DNA of 64,000 bases from a virus (taxonomy: Duplodnaviria; Caudoviricetes): IMG/VR virus record IMGVR_UViG_3300028888_000001; one strand, 5' to 3'. The translations under genes were made by a program, and so were the position numbers. The notes beneath the pieces are model-generated. The model was not told where the DNA came from. It did not search any database and worked only from the letters and a program-made list of their open reading frames with translations. Within the stretch, counting starts at the first letter, position 1. The number at the start of each line of letters is the position of its first letter. Shown here piece after piece: positions 31,489 through 41,582 of the stretch.

Positions 31489-33195
31489 ATGAGTGTTCTT
31501 TTAAATTTTGTTTTAGAAGATGCTATTGATGATATGGTAGATGATGTTATTGATAGCGGTGAAGTTGAAATCATAGACGACGAAGAGGATGGTATTTTTG
31601 CTCATCCGCAGATGCAAGAAGAAGAACCTGAAGAATATGAAGATCCATATATTCAGGATAATTATTCTGATGATGAAAATGAAGAAGACGAGTATGTCGA
31701 ATATCCAGTTCAAGCGACAGATGATGACAATGATTTAGATACCATCATAGATCAGCTCGATGGACAAATCGAAGGCGAAGATGATGATGAGTATGAAGAA
31801 GATGATAGTGATGATGAGGAAGATATTTTTGTTGAAGAATCAGCAAAAATTAATTCTGAGGGATCACTTTATACATTAGAAGATTCTTCATATGCATTTT
31901 ATGAATATGAGAAATTTATAAATGAGTCTTTTTTGCTGAATAATTCTATTCAAATCAGCGAGAGCGTTATCACTGAAGGCTTCTTAGAGACAGCTGTTAC
32001 TAAGATTAGAAAGATAATCGAATGGCTGTGGGATAAAATTGTTAAGCTAGTAACAACCATTAAAGAAAAGATACTTGGATTTGTAACTGGTCAAACAAAA
32101 TTTACAGAACTTGTCAAGAAATTTAGAGCAGAAAGAATTAACCCCGATGAGATTCCAAATCCAGAGGATATAACTGCTGAAGAATCTGCTCTGTTTGAAG
32201 CTACTGGAGGCATATTAACTCAGAACTTATATCATGTTAGAGTTAATCCAGAAAATAGAGCCGCAGCATTTTCTTATATCGATAAGGCGCTAAACTTTAA
32301 CGTTAACAGTGTAAATACTCCTGCTCCAGATCCTAATATACCTTGGTATTTGCAGGTTAGAGAGATAGTTAAAACCAATTGCGGATTTAATGCTGCTATG
32401 AATCTTAATTATGAGCCAGCTGCTGTTGGGACAGAGGTATCATATGAGGTTAAGCAAAATAATAATGAATCTGGCATTTACGTTGTGAATAAGCAATATA
32501 CAAGCGTTAATGAAGCAAAAAGTAAACCAAATCCGCAACAGAATAATGGTATTACTAAAAACATATATGGCGTACAGCAGTCGTTTCCTATCGAGTATAT
32601 TATTCATAATACTTGGTTTGCCCCCGGCAGCCAAATTGAAGTTCCATTCAGAACAATGCTGATTTCTAAGAATGAAATTTGCGATCAGTACGTTTCTTTA
32701 ATGAGATTTATCAGTGATGCATTTAAAGATGCTAATAATAGATTTAAAAAGAAAAAAGAAGAATATAGCAAAAATATCAAAAAATTAGAGGAAGATATCA
32801 AATCATATGCTAAGGATACAGCTAAAGGTAGAGAGATTAAAATTCCGATTGATGGTTCAAACGGTTACCAATCAATTGCAGTTGATGATACACAGGAATT
32901 CACGAATGGAAAATATCTCGATCTGCAAATTTTAAGAGAAGCTGCAAATGTACATACGTTTATTATTGAATCTGAGCTTAATGCTATTAATAGATGTATC
33001 CTTACAGAGTATAAGTATGTAAGAAATACTCTTGTTGATCTTATGACATTCAGTGGGTTCGGTGCTAAATATAAAATTAAGATCAATTCTTTAATATTAA
33101 GGGATACCCCAGTTGGTGCTTCTACAAAAATGGACCCAATGTATGTTAACTATAAAGTTCTTCCAACTGTCACGCGTCGCGATTTTAAAGGTTAA
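31489..33195 (+). CDS. internal head protein paralogue with acidic propeptide
   Basis: D/E-rich N-terminus, ITE-G site, then amphipathic helix IRKIIEWLWDKIVKLV. Confidence 0.65.
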   Translation: MSVLLNFVLEDAIDDMVDDVIDSGEVEIIDDEEDGIFAHPQMQEEEPEEYEDPYIQDNYSDDENEEDEYVEYPVQATDDDNDLDTIIDQLDGQIEGEDDDEYEEDDSDDEEDIFVEESAKINSEGSLYTLEDSSYAFYEYEKFINESFLLNNSIQISESVITEGFLETAVTKIRKIIEWLWDKIVKLVTTIKEKILGFVTGQTKFTELVKKFRAERINPDEIPNPEDITAEESALFEATGGILTQNLYHVRVNPENRAAAFSYIDKALNFNVNSVNTPAPDPNIPWYLQVREIVKTNCGFNAAMNLNYEPAAVGTEVSYEVKQNNNESGIYVVNKQYTSVNEAKSKPNPQQNNGITKNIYGVQQSFPIEYIIHNTWFAPGSQIEVPFRTMLISKNEICDQYVSLMRFISDAFKDANNRFKKKKEEYSKNIKKLEEDIKSYAKDTAKGREIKIPIDGSNGYQSIAVDDTQEFTNGKYLDLQILREAANVHTFIIESELNAINRCILTEYKYVRNTLVDLMTFSGFGAKYKIKINSLILRDTPVGASTKMDPMYVNYKVLPTVTRRDFKG

Positions 33196-33200
33196 ATACG

Positions 33201-34775
33201 GTGGCTGTTATGAATAATGTACCAGAATGCGTGTTAAATTCGTATTATAATGAAAATGAAATTTCTAATTCGAGAGATTTCTTCTATCAAGAAGCCAGAT
33301 TCATTAATGAGTATAGGCCTTTTGTAAGCGAAGAATCAGACGTATTGATAGATTGTCTTGAACGGTATATTCAAGAGGCTAATATTATTGATAGCCTCAA
33401 TAGAGTAGAAATACTTGATGAGTCTTTTAGCCTTAAAGATCTCATTGCTGGTATCAAGAAAGCTATTCTTTCGCTTTGGCAGAAAATCAAAGAATTCTTT
33501 GGTAAGATCTTTAGAGGAATTAAAAATATTCTTAATGGTCATACTGGATTTCTTAAAGACGTTATTTCTTTTAAAGGCTTCATGAGAAATAAAAAGAATA
33601 ATTCTTCTGTGAATGAAGATGCTATCTTTATGAGCATTTTTGGAGAAGAGAGTATTTTAACTGAAGATGTTTCCGAAGATGACGATGTTGAAGAAAAAAT
33701 ATCAAAATTAAAAGAACAAATCGAAAGCATCAAAGATAAGCTAAAAGATAAGCCTGACGATCAAGGTTTAAAAACTATATTGATGACTAAAGAAGCAGAG
33801 TTATCAAAACTTGAGCAGCAATCAGGTGGAGGTAAAAAGAAAAAAGAAAAGAAAGCTAAGAAAAATAAAAATAATAGTGGTGACAGCTCATCAACATCGC
33901 AAAGCAATGTAACCACACCAGAAGATGATAAGAAATTAGTAAAGAAGCTTAATAAAGCAGGCAAGGCTTTGGTAGATGAAGACGTTATGTATGCTTCTGT
34001 AACTGAAGCTGATAGAGAAAAAGCTTGCATGCGTGTTTTGTATGAAAGTGAAATAAGTTCTCAGGACGATAAACTTTTTAGCGTTCACGATTTAAGAGAC
34101 GCTGACAATAAAATTAGCGATGCAAAAGAAGCTAGTACTGCTGCTAGAACAGCTAAATTGTTTGGTATAGATCTACCAGAAGACAAGAGTGCTAGTCAAT
34201 ATATATCTGATTTTGTAGAAAGCACATATTATTCTAAAGGTAAGGCCTCTACAGTTAAATATATTGAACTTGTTAAGAAAGCTGGAGATGTGGCAGATCA
34301 GTTTATTCAATTAAATAGTTTTATGAATGGTAGTTTTTATAACAAAATGCTTAAATGTGCCGATAGGTATGAGCGTTGGTATAATAACTATCTTGGTAGA
34401 TTAGAGAAAGATTATATTGATTATCAAAAATTCGCTGATAAAAGACTCAATAAACATCAGCAAGAAAAAGTTGATGATAATTATCTTACTCGTAAAACAG
34501 ATGACAAGGGTAACTCTGTTTCGACAGATAAAGTTACAGATGATGACATCAAAAGAGTTAGAGCTAAGCTTCAAGCTTTACAATCTATTTGTTCTAACCA
34601 TGTGGCATTTATCAGAACTCATTCTACTGCGTTGACGAACTGCGCAACTAAAGAGTATAGAATGCTTAGACACGCTCTTATTCTTATGATGAACTACGAG
34701 GGCTTCTATAAAAAGAATAGCGGTGAAAAAACTAGCGTTTATAGTAGAATGGATACCAATGCAAATGTAATTTAA
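33201..34775 (+). CDS. internal head protein paralogue
   Basis: LDE-S site, then IKKAILSLWQKIKEFFGKIF amphipathic helix. Confidence 0.65.
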   Translation: MAVMNNVPECVLNSYYNENEISNSRDFFYQEARFINEYRPFVSEESDVLIDCLERYIQEANIIDSLNRVEILDESFSLKDLIAGIKKAILSLWQKIKEFFGKIFRGIKNILNGHTGFLKDVISFKGFMRNKKNNSSVNEDAIFMSIFGEESILTEDVSEDDDVEEKISKLKEQIESIKDKLKDKPDDQGLKTILMTKEAELSKLEQQSGGGKKKKEKKAKKNKNNSGDSSSTSQSNVTTPEDDKKLVKKLNKAGKALVDEDVMYASVTEADREKACMRVLYESEISSQDDKLFSVHDLRDADNKISDAKEASTAARTAKLFGIDLPEDKSASQYISDFVESTYYSKGKASTVKYIELVKKAGDVADQFIQLNSFMNGSFYNKMLKCADRYERWYNNYLGRLEKDYIDYQKFADKRLNKHQQEKVDDNYLTRKTDDKGNSVSTDKVTDDDIKRVRAKLQALQSICSNHVAFIRTHSTALTNCATKEYRMLRHALILMMNYEGFYKKNSGEKTSVYSRMDTNANVI

Positions 34776-34819
34776 ATATATCACTTAGAAGAAAAATAAT
34801 TATGGAGGTTGATATATCT

Positions 34820-35494
34820 ATGAATATTACTCTAAAAAAGAAAGTAAATGTATTTCCTATCAGAGGGCCGATCACTAATGTTAATCCACCTATTAGGGTT
34901 CCTGTGAAAAATATATTACTTCCAATTGCGGATATTCGTAAATGTATTGTTGCTGGAGCTAAAGTAGAAGAGATTCTCACTGATAAGAAAACTATAGTTC
35001 TCAATCTACAGAACTATGATCAGGATAATGGCGGTGCTATTGTTGAAGTTAAGGATACTCAGCCTGCAGTGCTGCCTAAACCGACAGTTAAACCATCTTC
35101 AGCTATCTCTATCAATGGTTCACGCAAAATGTCTAAAGTAGAGATGAAAAATGTTAAAGAGAAGTTTATGAAAAATAACTCTTCTCTTAAAGCAGAACTT
35201 TCTCGTACTGCAGATGAAGCCGATGAAGCTAATAAGAAAATTGCTGAAGAGGCCAAGCAGCCAGTTGAAGAGACTAAAGAGGCTCCAGTAGTAGAAGAAA
35301 AGAAAGAACAGCAGCATCAGCCTTATATGACAAGAAGACAGCTCCGCAAACTTAAAGAACAGCAGATGCAAAAAGAGCAAGCTGAAAAAGAAGCTGCTGA
35401 AGCTACACAGCAGGCTCCTACAACATTAGCTGAAGAGCTTGAAGCTGTTAACGTTGATGACGTTATCGAAACAGTAGACCCGGAAAAACTTTGA
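34820..35494 (+). CDS. hypothetical protein with E/K/Q-rich C-terminus
   Basis: GGAGGT RBS before ATG 34820. Confidence 0.75.
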   Translation: MNITLKKKVNVFPIRGPITNVNPPIRVPVKNILLPIADIRKCIVAGAKVEEILTDKKTIVLNLQNYDQDNGGAIVEVKDTQPAVLPKPTVKPSSAISINGSRKMSKVEMKNVKEKFMKNNSSLKAELSRTADEADEANKKIAEEAKQPVEETKEAPVVEEKKEQQHQPYMTRRQLRKLKEQQMQKEQAEKEAAEATQQAPTTLAEELEAVNVDDVIETVDPEKL

Positions 35495-35581
35495 TGGTTT
35501 AATTATATATTATAATTATAGAATACTAGAGGCAGTGATGCCTCTAGTATATCAATTTGAAAAGAAAGGAGATCAAAATAA

Positions 35582-35614
35582 ATGGATGAACAAGGCATAG
35601 GCTTTGGAGATTAA
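35582..35614 (+). CDS. 10-aa micropeptide MDEQGIGFGD
   Basis: Early motif at 35503, hairpin 35523-35550, AGAAAGGAG RBS, terminator 35628-35656. Confidence 0.5.
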   Translation: MDEQGIGFGD

Positions 35615-35675
35615 TCAAAGCTAATTAAACGAGTAGGGCAATTCGCCCTACTCGTTATCCATGTAAATTTATTTT

Positions 35676-37325
35676 TTATATAGCTATCTTATCTGTAGGT
35701 GTTATTTTATTTTTATCATCATTTAAAACTAATGTCATATTATACATAGCCTGTATAGCTTCTTTATCTGCCACACGGCCATTAGATCCAGATAATGTAA
35801 TAAACTGAGCTTTAGAATCAATGTATTTTTTAAGCTCTTCGTTGGCTTCTACTGTATATGGCATTTTTAATGTAATTTGGTCTCCATCATAATCGGCATT
35901 CATTAGTACGCAATATGGGTTAGCCATAGATAGTGTATCTATGAATTTATTTGATGTATTACTGCCGATATCTTTTTGTTCAAAATCTGGATACCATTGA
36001 TAAAATTTACCATTAATAACCATAGGTTTAGTTTTTATCATAGAAGACACTCTAATCCTAGTATACAACTGATTGAAATATGAATCTATAGGATACCTAG
36101 TGATACATGCTACTTTATCTTCTGTTGCAGCGCATGCTGCTATATAAAACAAATCAACCCATGTCATATCTCTTTCTATTACATTACCAGTTTCTTTTAT
36201 ACCACGTTTAAATTGTTCTGCTGTAATATTATAACCCTTAAAACGTAGATTTAAATCTAATTCATCTGTTGGTATTTTTATAGGTTTTAATCTATTAGAA
36301 TACCCGTGGATAAATTCATTCATTTCAGCATCTAATCTATCATCTGAGAATTCAAGTAATGGGTTATTCAATTCTACAGTTATTAGCCTACCTTGATATA
36401 TTGCAGGGTATCTAGTTTTGCCTCCAAATTCGTTTAAGAACCAATTACGTAGCTCATGCAATACAAACGGATATGCTACAACTAATGCAGCTGATAGCGG
36501 CACAGCAGAATAATCCATATCAACCATAAGGTCTCCAATTGAGTTTACGTTTATATTAGGAGCACTAATAACTAAACGAGCAGCATTATCTGTAGTCTTA
36601 GCCATTACAGATCTACGCATAATGCCAAACTTACCAGCAATGCCAGAGCCAGTATGTTCTCCAGTAGCAGATTTGCCAGTAATAAACCAAGTATATATCT
36701 GAACTAGAATATCTTGTATTCTGCCTCTAGTGCCACCAGACATATCAAACCCGTATAAGTGAGTATCGTTAAGAGTCTTTATAGCATTAAGTAAAGCTAT
36801 ATATAATTTATTTATTTCTCCCATTGATACTCTACCAGATCCACCACCAGTATTTACATCTCTATAGTAAGGCGGTATTACTATAAGTTTATCTGTAAAA
36901 AGTTTATCTTCCTGAGCTGCTTTCATAAGCAAATTCAATAAATTATCTTTTTTAGACTTTTTAAATTTAAGCTTAGTTTGGTTTTTATGCAACCACTCCA
37001 ACCCAGTATTACCATTATCATCTGGAGATAGATATCCATCTTTGTCTATAACAAAATTTTGAGTCTCATAAATGCAAGCTCTAATATTTCTATCAAGCTT
37101 AAGCCAGATTTTATAGAAATATGGCTGAATAAACTTTTCATGTAAATCAATATAAGCAAAAATTCCGGATCTTTCTTCTTGTGTAATACCGAAAATTTCA
37201 TTAGAAAATAATCCATCTGGAGTTGGTCTATTTCCTGAAGCGAATGATATTGGATTGGTTATTTCTTTTAGATCATTTTCTTTAATAAATCTATTCTGAT
37301 CCAAAATTTCAATCTTTAAGGCCAT
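35676..37325 (-). CDS. rpoC: multisubunit RNA polymerase beta' N-terminal/catalytic half (probably virion RNAP)
   Basis: PTPDGLFSNEIFG, VIPPYYRD, ARLVIS, TRYP, catalytic NADYDGDQ; late motif GACA-TTTTGA-TA at 37366. Confidence 0.93.
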   Translation of the reverse strand: MALKIEILDQNRFIKENDLKEITNPISFASGNRPTPDGLFSNEIFGITQEERSGIFAYIDLHEKFIQPYFYKIWLKLDRNIRACIYETQNFVIDKDGYLSPDDNGNTGLEWLHKNQTKLKFKKSKKDNLLNLLMKAAQEDKLFTDKLIVIPPYYRDVNTGGGSGRVSMGEINKLYIALLNAIKTLNDTHLYGFDMSGGTRGRIQDILVQIYTWFITGKSATGEHTGSGIAGKFGIMRRSVMAKTTDNAARLVISAPNINVNSIGDLMVDMDYSAVPLSAALVVAYPFVLHELRNWFLNEFGGKTRYPAIYQGRLITVELNNPLLEFSDDRLDAEMNEFIHGYSNRLKPIKIPTDELDLNLRFKGYNITAEQFKRGIKETGNVIERDMTWVDLFYIAACAATEDKVACITRYPIDSYFNQLYTRIRVSSMIKTKPMVINGKFYQWYPDFEQKDIGSNTSNKFIDTLSMANPYCVLMNADYDGDQITLKMPYTVEANEELKKYIDSKAQFITLSGSNGRVADKEAIQAMYNMTLVLNDDKNKITPTDKIAI

Positions 37326-37465
37326 TAATAAACCTCCCTTCGATTTAGGTAATTTATCAAAATGTCAAAGATTCAGTAAAATAAAGAATAATTATATATT
37401 ATATCATTGTAGCAAAATGATAATGCTATAATAAAGTTCTTATTATATATGGAGGTGATTATAAA

Positions 37466-37768
37466 ATGGGAACTTTAAAAATTAAAAATAAGCAACAAGC
37501 AAAGAAAGCTAACGAAAACAAAATAACCAGTAGAAATATGTTTATGATGATGCAGCAGTTAGCAAATACAGTTTTGCATTCTAAAGCATCATTATCACCA
37601 GCGGTAAGAGAGAAATTCTTAGCAATTCAAAACACTAAGTTTGATCTTGATCATCTTACGCCAGAGGATGAATTGCAGATTTATAAGCTCTACGCTGAGA
37701 GTTACCAAGTACTTGATTATGAGACTAATTTAAAACATCAGGAGGACAAGCAAAATGGATATTTATGA
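37466..37768 (+). CDS. early hypothetical protein
   Basis: Early motif at 37392; GGAGGTG RBS. Confidence 0.75.
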   Translation: MGTLKIKNKQQAKKANENKITSRNMFMMMQQLANTVLHSKASLSPAVREKFLAIQNTKFDLDHLTPEDELQIYKLYAESYQVLDYETNLKHQEDKQNGYL

Positions 37769-37970
37769 ATATGCTGAATCTATTAATTACAACGCTGATT
37801 ATTATGACATGCACACCGGTAGAATTTACCACATTCAGGAATATGGTAAAGCGTTAAAAGAAATGAATTCCGGTATCAAGCAAGAAGCTAATAGAAAAAT
37901 TGTTGGAGCTGGAATCAAGGTATCAGAAGATGGAGTATTTCTTGGATATGCTAGGAGGCATCTATCATGA
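37755..37970 (+). CDS. small hypothetical protein
   Basis: AGGAGG RBS, coupled to neighbours. Confidence 0.7.
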   Translation: MDIYEYAESINYNADYYDMHTGRIYHIQEYGKALKEMNSGIKQEANRKIVGAGIKVSEDGVFLGYARRHLS

Positions 37971-38398
37971 TAAATAGTTTTACCGGAGAACATGAGTTTC
38001 TGAGTAATTTCTATACAGTTACAGTGCCGTATGACGGTATAAACTATCCATCATCGGAGAACGCGTTCCAAGCTCAAAAAGCAGCATCTGATGCTGATAA
38101 GATTAAATATACATCGTGTACTCCATCCAAGGCTAAATACTATGGTAGAAGAGAGCATATAGATAAAGCCTTATGGGACAGTAATAAAGATGAGATTATG
38201 TATGAAATTGTTAAAAGCAAGTTTATACATAATTCACATCTAGTGGTATGCTTATTGAACACTGGTGACGAAGAACTCATTGAAGGAAATACCTGGCATG
38301 ATAATTACTGGGGCGACTGCAAATGCATTAGATGCAGATCTATTAAAGGACAGAACAAGCTGGGTAAAATCCTGATGAGAATCAGATCCAATTTCTAA
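37967..38398 (+). CDS. NADAR (YbiA-like) family protein
   Basis: FLSNFY, SSENAFQAQK, LLNTGDEELIEGNTWHDNYWG, GQNKLGKILMRIR. Confidence 0.92.
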   Translation: MINSFTGEHEFLSNFYTVTVPYDGINYPSSENAFQAQKAASDADKIKYTSCTPSKAKYYGRREHIDKALWDSNKDEIMYEIVKSKFIHNSHLVVCLLNTGDEELIEGNTWHDNYWGDCKCIRCRSIKGQNKLGKILMRIRSNF

Positions 38399-38444
38399 AA
38401 AATAAATGGAGGGGTCAAACGACCCCTCCTGCTATTTTGTTAAT

Positions 38445-38750
38445 TTATTTTTCTACTTCGATACATAGAAGATCACCATTTAAAAATACTTTAGGACGGA
38501 TCTCGTGTCCATATATATTTAATGCCGTAGATGTTCTTCTAAGATTATTTACTAGACTTTCTTTTTGTTGCTCATTTAATACACGTACTGAATAAATAAT
38601 AGATGCCTTATTTATATCAACGCTATTTAATGATACAAAATCCACTCCCTTTAGCATATAATACGCAGCCATATGCTCTTCAAAATAATCTTTGAATATT
38701 AACGCTAATTTTTCTGGAGGGATATTTTTTGAGAATTCAACACTATTCAT
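38445..38750 (-). CDS. hypothetical late protein
   Basis: ATG 38750 immediately after the upstream frame's TAA; terminator at 38407-38430. Confidence 0.65.
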   Translation of the reverse strand: MNSVEFSKNIPPEKLALIFKDYFEEHMAAYYMLKGVDFVSLNSVDINKASIIYSVRVLNEQQKESLVNNLRRTSTALNIYGHEIRPKVFLNGDLLCIEVEK

Positions 38751-38751
38751 T

Positions 38752-39015
38752 TTATAGTACCCCCGCCAGTTCATCCTCCAAAGCTAAAGCTTCAGCTTCA
38801 CCCATTTTAGGTTGCTCTCCTTTAGCTTCGGCTTCTTCTCTTTCTTTTTGCTCAGCCTTTTGCCTATCAATAGCCATCATATAAAGTGTGTTTATATAAT
38901 CAAGCGGCATATTCATCATCTCTAGGAATGACGTTCTGCCACGATAATAAGTACATAGACTTTCTATCTTCTTTATAAACTCTTGATCTGGGCCAACTGA
39001 GCTCGTGAAAAAAGT
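38752..39015 (-). CDS. tail/baseplate chaperone second frame, probably reached by -1 frameshift from the 40811 gene
   Basis: Open -1 frame ...FIKKIESLCTYYRGRTSFLEMMNMPLDYINTLY...; no strong RBS; T6 run at 39013-39008. Confidence 0.55.
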   Translation of the reverse strand, partial: TFFTSSVGPDQEFIKKIESLCTYYRGRTSFLEMMNMPLDYINTLYMMAIDRQKAEQKEREEAEAKGEQPKMGEAEALALEDELAGVL

Positions 39016-40811
39016 AAGTTAAGAATAGAATCAACTGTTTCTTCTGGAATTTTAGCTCCGCATTCTGGGCAGGTCGCTTCCGGGTAAATATAAGTAATCT
39101 TTGGAGGCTGAATAAGATTTGCAAGTTTAGCAATAAGCACATTGTACTGATCGCTAGTAAGACTTTTAAGCAGTTCTGTATAGAACTTAAGCTTATGCAA
39201 TACAGTCTTATTGAAATTTCCAGGCCAGCTCTGCAGCTTAATAGGAACAAGCTCATTATTGCTACGATCGATCTGATAGAATCCATCAATGTAAGCCATG
39301 CTATCAAGCACATCAGAATATTTTTGAGTAATTTCTTGTTTAAGAGTAGAGAATTGAATGAATGTAGAGAACAAAGTTGCAGGACAATAGCTGATAACAA
39401 TATCATCAGATACTTGCATTAGTGTAGATTCAAACTCTTCACTGTCTGTAGTGGTATCGCTCTGTAAAATCTTTTCAAATTCTGCTTTGATTTCTTCTGG
39501 ATCATCATTTTCTCTACCATACTTAACCATGCTCATAATTGGTGTATCAATAAGAGATGTCTTACCACAATTTTTCTTTCTAAGCTCTTCTGTATTTGTA
39601 GGACAAACTCTAGCAATGATATTAGTATTGCTGTAGCAAGCTTTATAAATACCAAAGTACAGAGACTCAATATCTTCTGTTCTAATAAGCTTAGTCCATA
39701 CTTCAAACTTAGGCTTATTAGCGTCTACAATATGATCGTATACAAATCTTAGAGACGCAATTACACCATTAATAGCATTTGAATTGGTGATGGTCTTTCT
39801 AAGATTATCAAGCTCTGGTCCAGAGCATTCAGAGAACGTGATAGACTTCTTAGAATGATATAGAGCCCAATCAGAAGTCTTTGTAGCTTTATGGTTATTA
39901 ATACTAGAAAGAACAAACGAAGACTCAACAGCATTCTTACGAATCTTAAATTCATTGAAATTAATCGGATTGGATGTGATTTTTACAGCATTAAATGTCT
40001 TCTTAAATCTTGCTCTGATTTCTTCAGTAGACTCTTCTTCAGTATCTACTACATTCATAGAATCATCAAGATCATCAAGAAGGCTGTCTAAATCCCCGTC
40101 GCCGTCATCTTGCTGTGTAACCGTCGGAGTGTCTTCCTCCACTACTTTACGCTGCGACTTAACAGACTTTGCTACATTTACATCATCATCTTGTTCCTTA
40201 GCAATCGGAGTAGTACCGTCTGCATTGATATGTATTACTTCTTCTTCAACAATAGTATTTTCTTCTTGCACTGGTTCTTCCACCTTCTGTTCGTTATTGT
40301 TGTTCATATTGCTAAAATGCCGTTCTTCCACTTCAAGAGAATAGTCGGCAGATTCATCATCTAAATCAAACTCATCTTCATCTACTGTAGGAATATTATT
40401 CTGATTCATCATATTTGGATCAGCGCCATCTTGAGCGATTCCATCATTATCATAATCTGGATCTCTACCTTCAAGCTCAGCTAATTCTCGCTCTAGTAAA
40501 ATCTCTTGCTTATTCTTTTCTACAATTGGGTTAACTACATTTGTATAGAAATCTTTTGTTTCTTGAAGACGTTTATTCATTGCTTTAAAAGCTTTATCCA
40601 CTACAGGAGCGTCTACTGTAGTATCCTCATGGGCTTTCATCTTACCAGCTTTGATAAGAGTCTGCTCTACTTGAGAGGGGTTCATAAATACTGGCTTTTT
40701 CGGCTCTTCTTTAACTTCAGCGGTAGGCTTAGCTTCTTCTTGTTGCTGCTGTTGCTTATCTACGCCTCTTGAATTTGCTGCAAGTTCTTCTAACGTGATT
40801 TCTTTACCCAT
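38973..40811 (-). CDS. baseplate hub / tail assembly chaperone-like protein (T4 gp26-like C-domain) with acidic N-terminal extension
   Basis: DIESLYF..Y, VCP...CGK and CPECG zinc knuckles; downstream of a gp25-like gene. Confidence 0.55.
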   Translation of the reverse strand: MGKEITLEELAANSRGVDKQQQQQEEAKPTAEVKEEPKKPVFMNPSQVEQTLIKAGKMKAHEDTTVDAPVVDKAFKAMNKRLQETKDFYTNVVNPIVEKNKQEILLERELAELEGRDPDYDNDGIAQDGADPNMMNQNNIPTVDEDEFDLDDESADYSLEVEERHFSNMNNNNEQKVEEPVQEENTIVEEEVIHINADGTTPIAKEQDDDVNVAKSVKSQRKVVEEDTPTVTQQDDGDGDLDSLLDDLDDSMNVVDTEEESTEEIRARFKKTFNAVKITSNPINFNEFKIRKNAVESSFVLSSINNHKATKTSDWALYHSKKSITFSECSGPELDNLRKTITNSNAINGVIASLRFVYDHIVDANKPKFEVWTKLIRTEDIESLYFGIYKACYSNTNIIARVCPTNTEELRKKNCGKTSLIDTPIMSMVKYGRENDDPEEIKAEFEKILQSDTTTDSEEFESTLMQVSDDIVISYCPATLFSTFIQFSTLKQEITQKYSDVLDSMAYIDGFYQIDRSNNELVPIKLQSWPGNFNKTVLHKLKFYTELLKSLTSDQYNVLIAKLANLIQPPKITYIYPEATCPECGAKIPEETVDSILNLLFSRAQLAQIKSL

Positions 40812-40837
40812 TTTTATTCCTCCAAATTAAGTGATAA

Positions 40838-41230
40838 TTATAATTCATCCAGAACATATGTTGCTGGAGTATTTAGCTCATCGGTAGATCCATTATATAC
40901 TAATTCATAAATAGCATCTTCAGTATTTATAGAGATATGCAATAATGTATCCTGAATGGCTAATGAGACCTTAACATTTACCAACTCAGGAAGAAAGCGT
41001 AATACTTGATCTTGTATTTCTTTTTGTAGATTATATAGAAATCCCTCTTCGTTATTATATCTCCAACGAGAGCGAATTCCTACACCCATTGTAGGGTGTG
41101 ATTGAAATTTACCTGGCTCTAATAAAATTAGATAAATTAAGTTAGTGTACATCGAATGTACACCTTCTAAAACTTTAGGCATACTAAAATCATTTAATGA
41201 CATAAGGTGAGATTTCAAATTTAACATCAC
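40838..41230 (-). CDS. baseplate wedge protein, GPW/gp25 family
   Basis: LLEPGKFQSHPTMGVGI motif, about 130 aa; late motif GACT-TAATAT-TA at 41260. Confidence 0.75.
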   Translation of the reverse strand: MMLNLKSHLMSLNDFSMPKVLEGVHSMYTNLIYLILLEPGKFQSHPTMGVGIRSRWRYNNEEGFLYNLQKEIQDQVLRFLPELVNVKVSLAIQDTLLHISINTEDAIYELVYNGSTDELNTPATYVLDEL

Positions 41231-41582
41231 CTCCTATTTAGCTTGAATTAATATTAAGTCCACCATATAAATTTTTACAAAAATAATACTAATTTAAACA
41301 TAGAATTTTTAAAGAGTAAACTTAAATTCAATTATATATTATAGAGGTGTAAGAGATAAGAAAGGAATCTCTTAAATGAATAACTTATGGAACTGAGAGG
41401 GCACATGAAGTGCTCACAACAATTATTTCACAATAACTTATAAAAAATTTCATTAAAAAAGAAAGGAAAAACTTATAGAAAAACGAAGTAAAACAAAACA
41501 AATTTTAAGACCCATTAAGAAGAATGGGCAACGAATGAAACTATTAAAAATTACAAATTTTAAAAGAAAGGACAAGACAAAA

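Noticed and set aside
38900-39406. 168-aa overlapping minus-strand ORF as a +1 frameshift product
   Set aside because: Composition looks non-coding; the -1 frame has the chaperone-like motif and abuts the next gene
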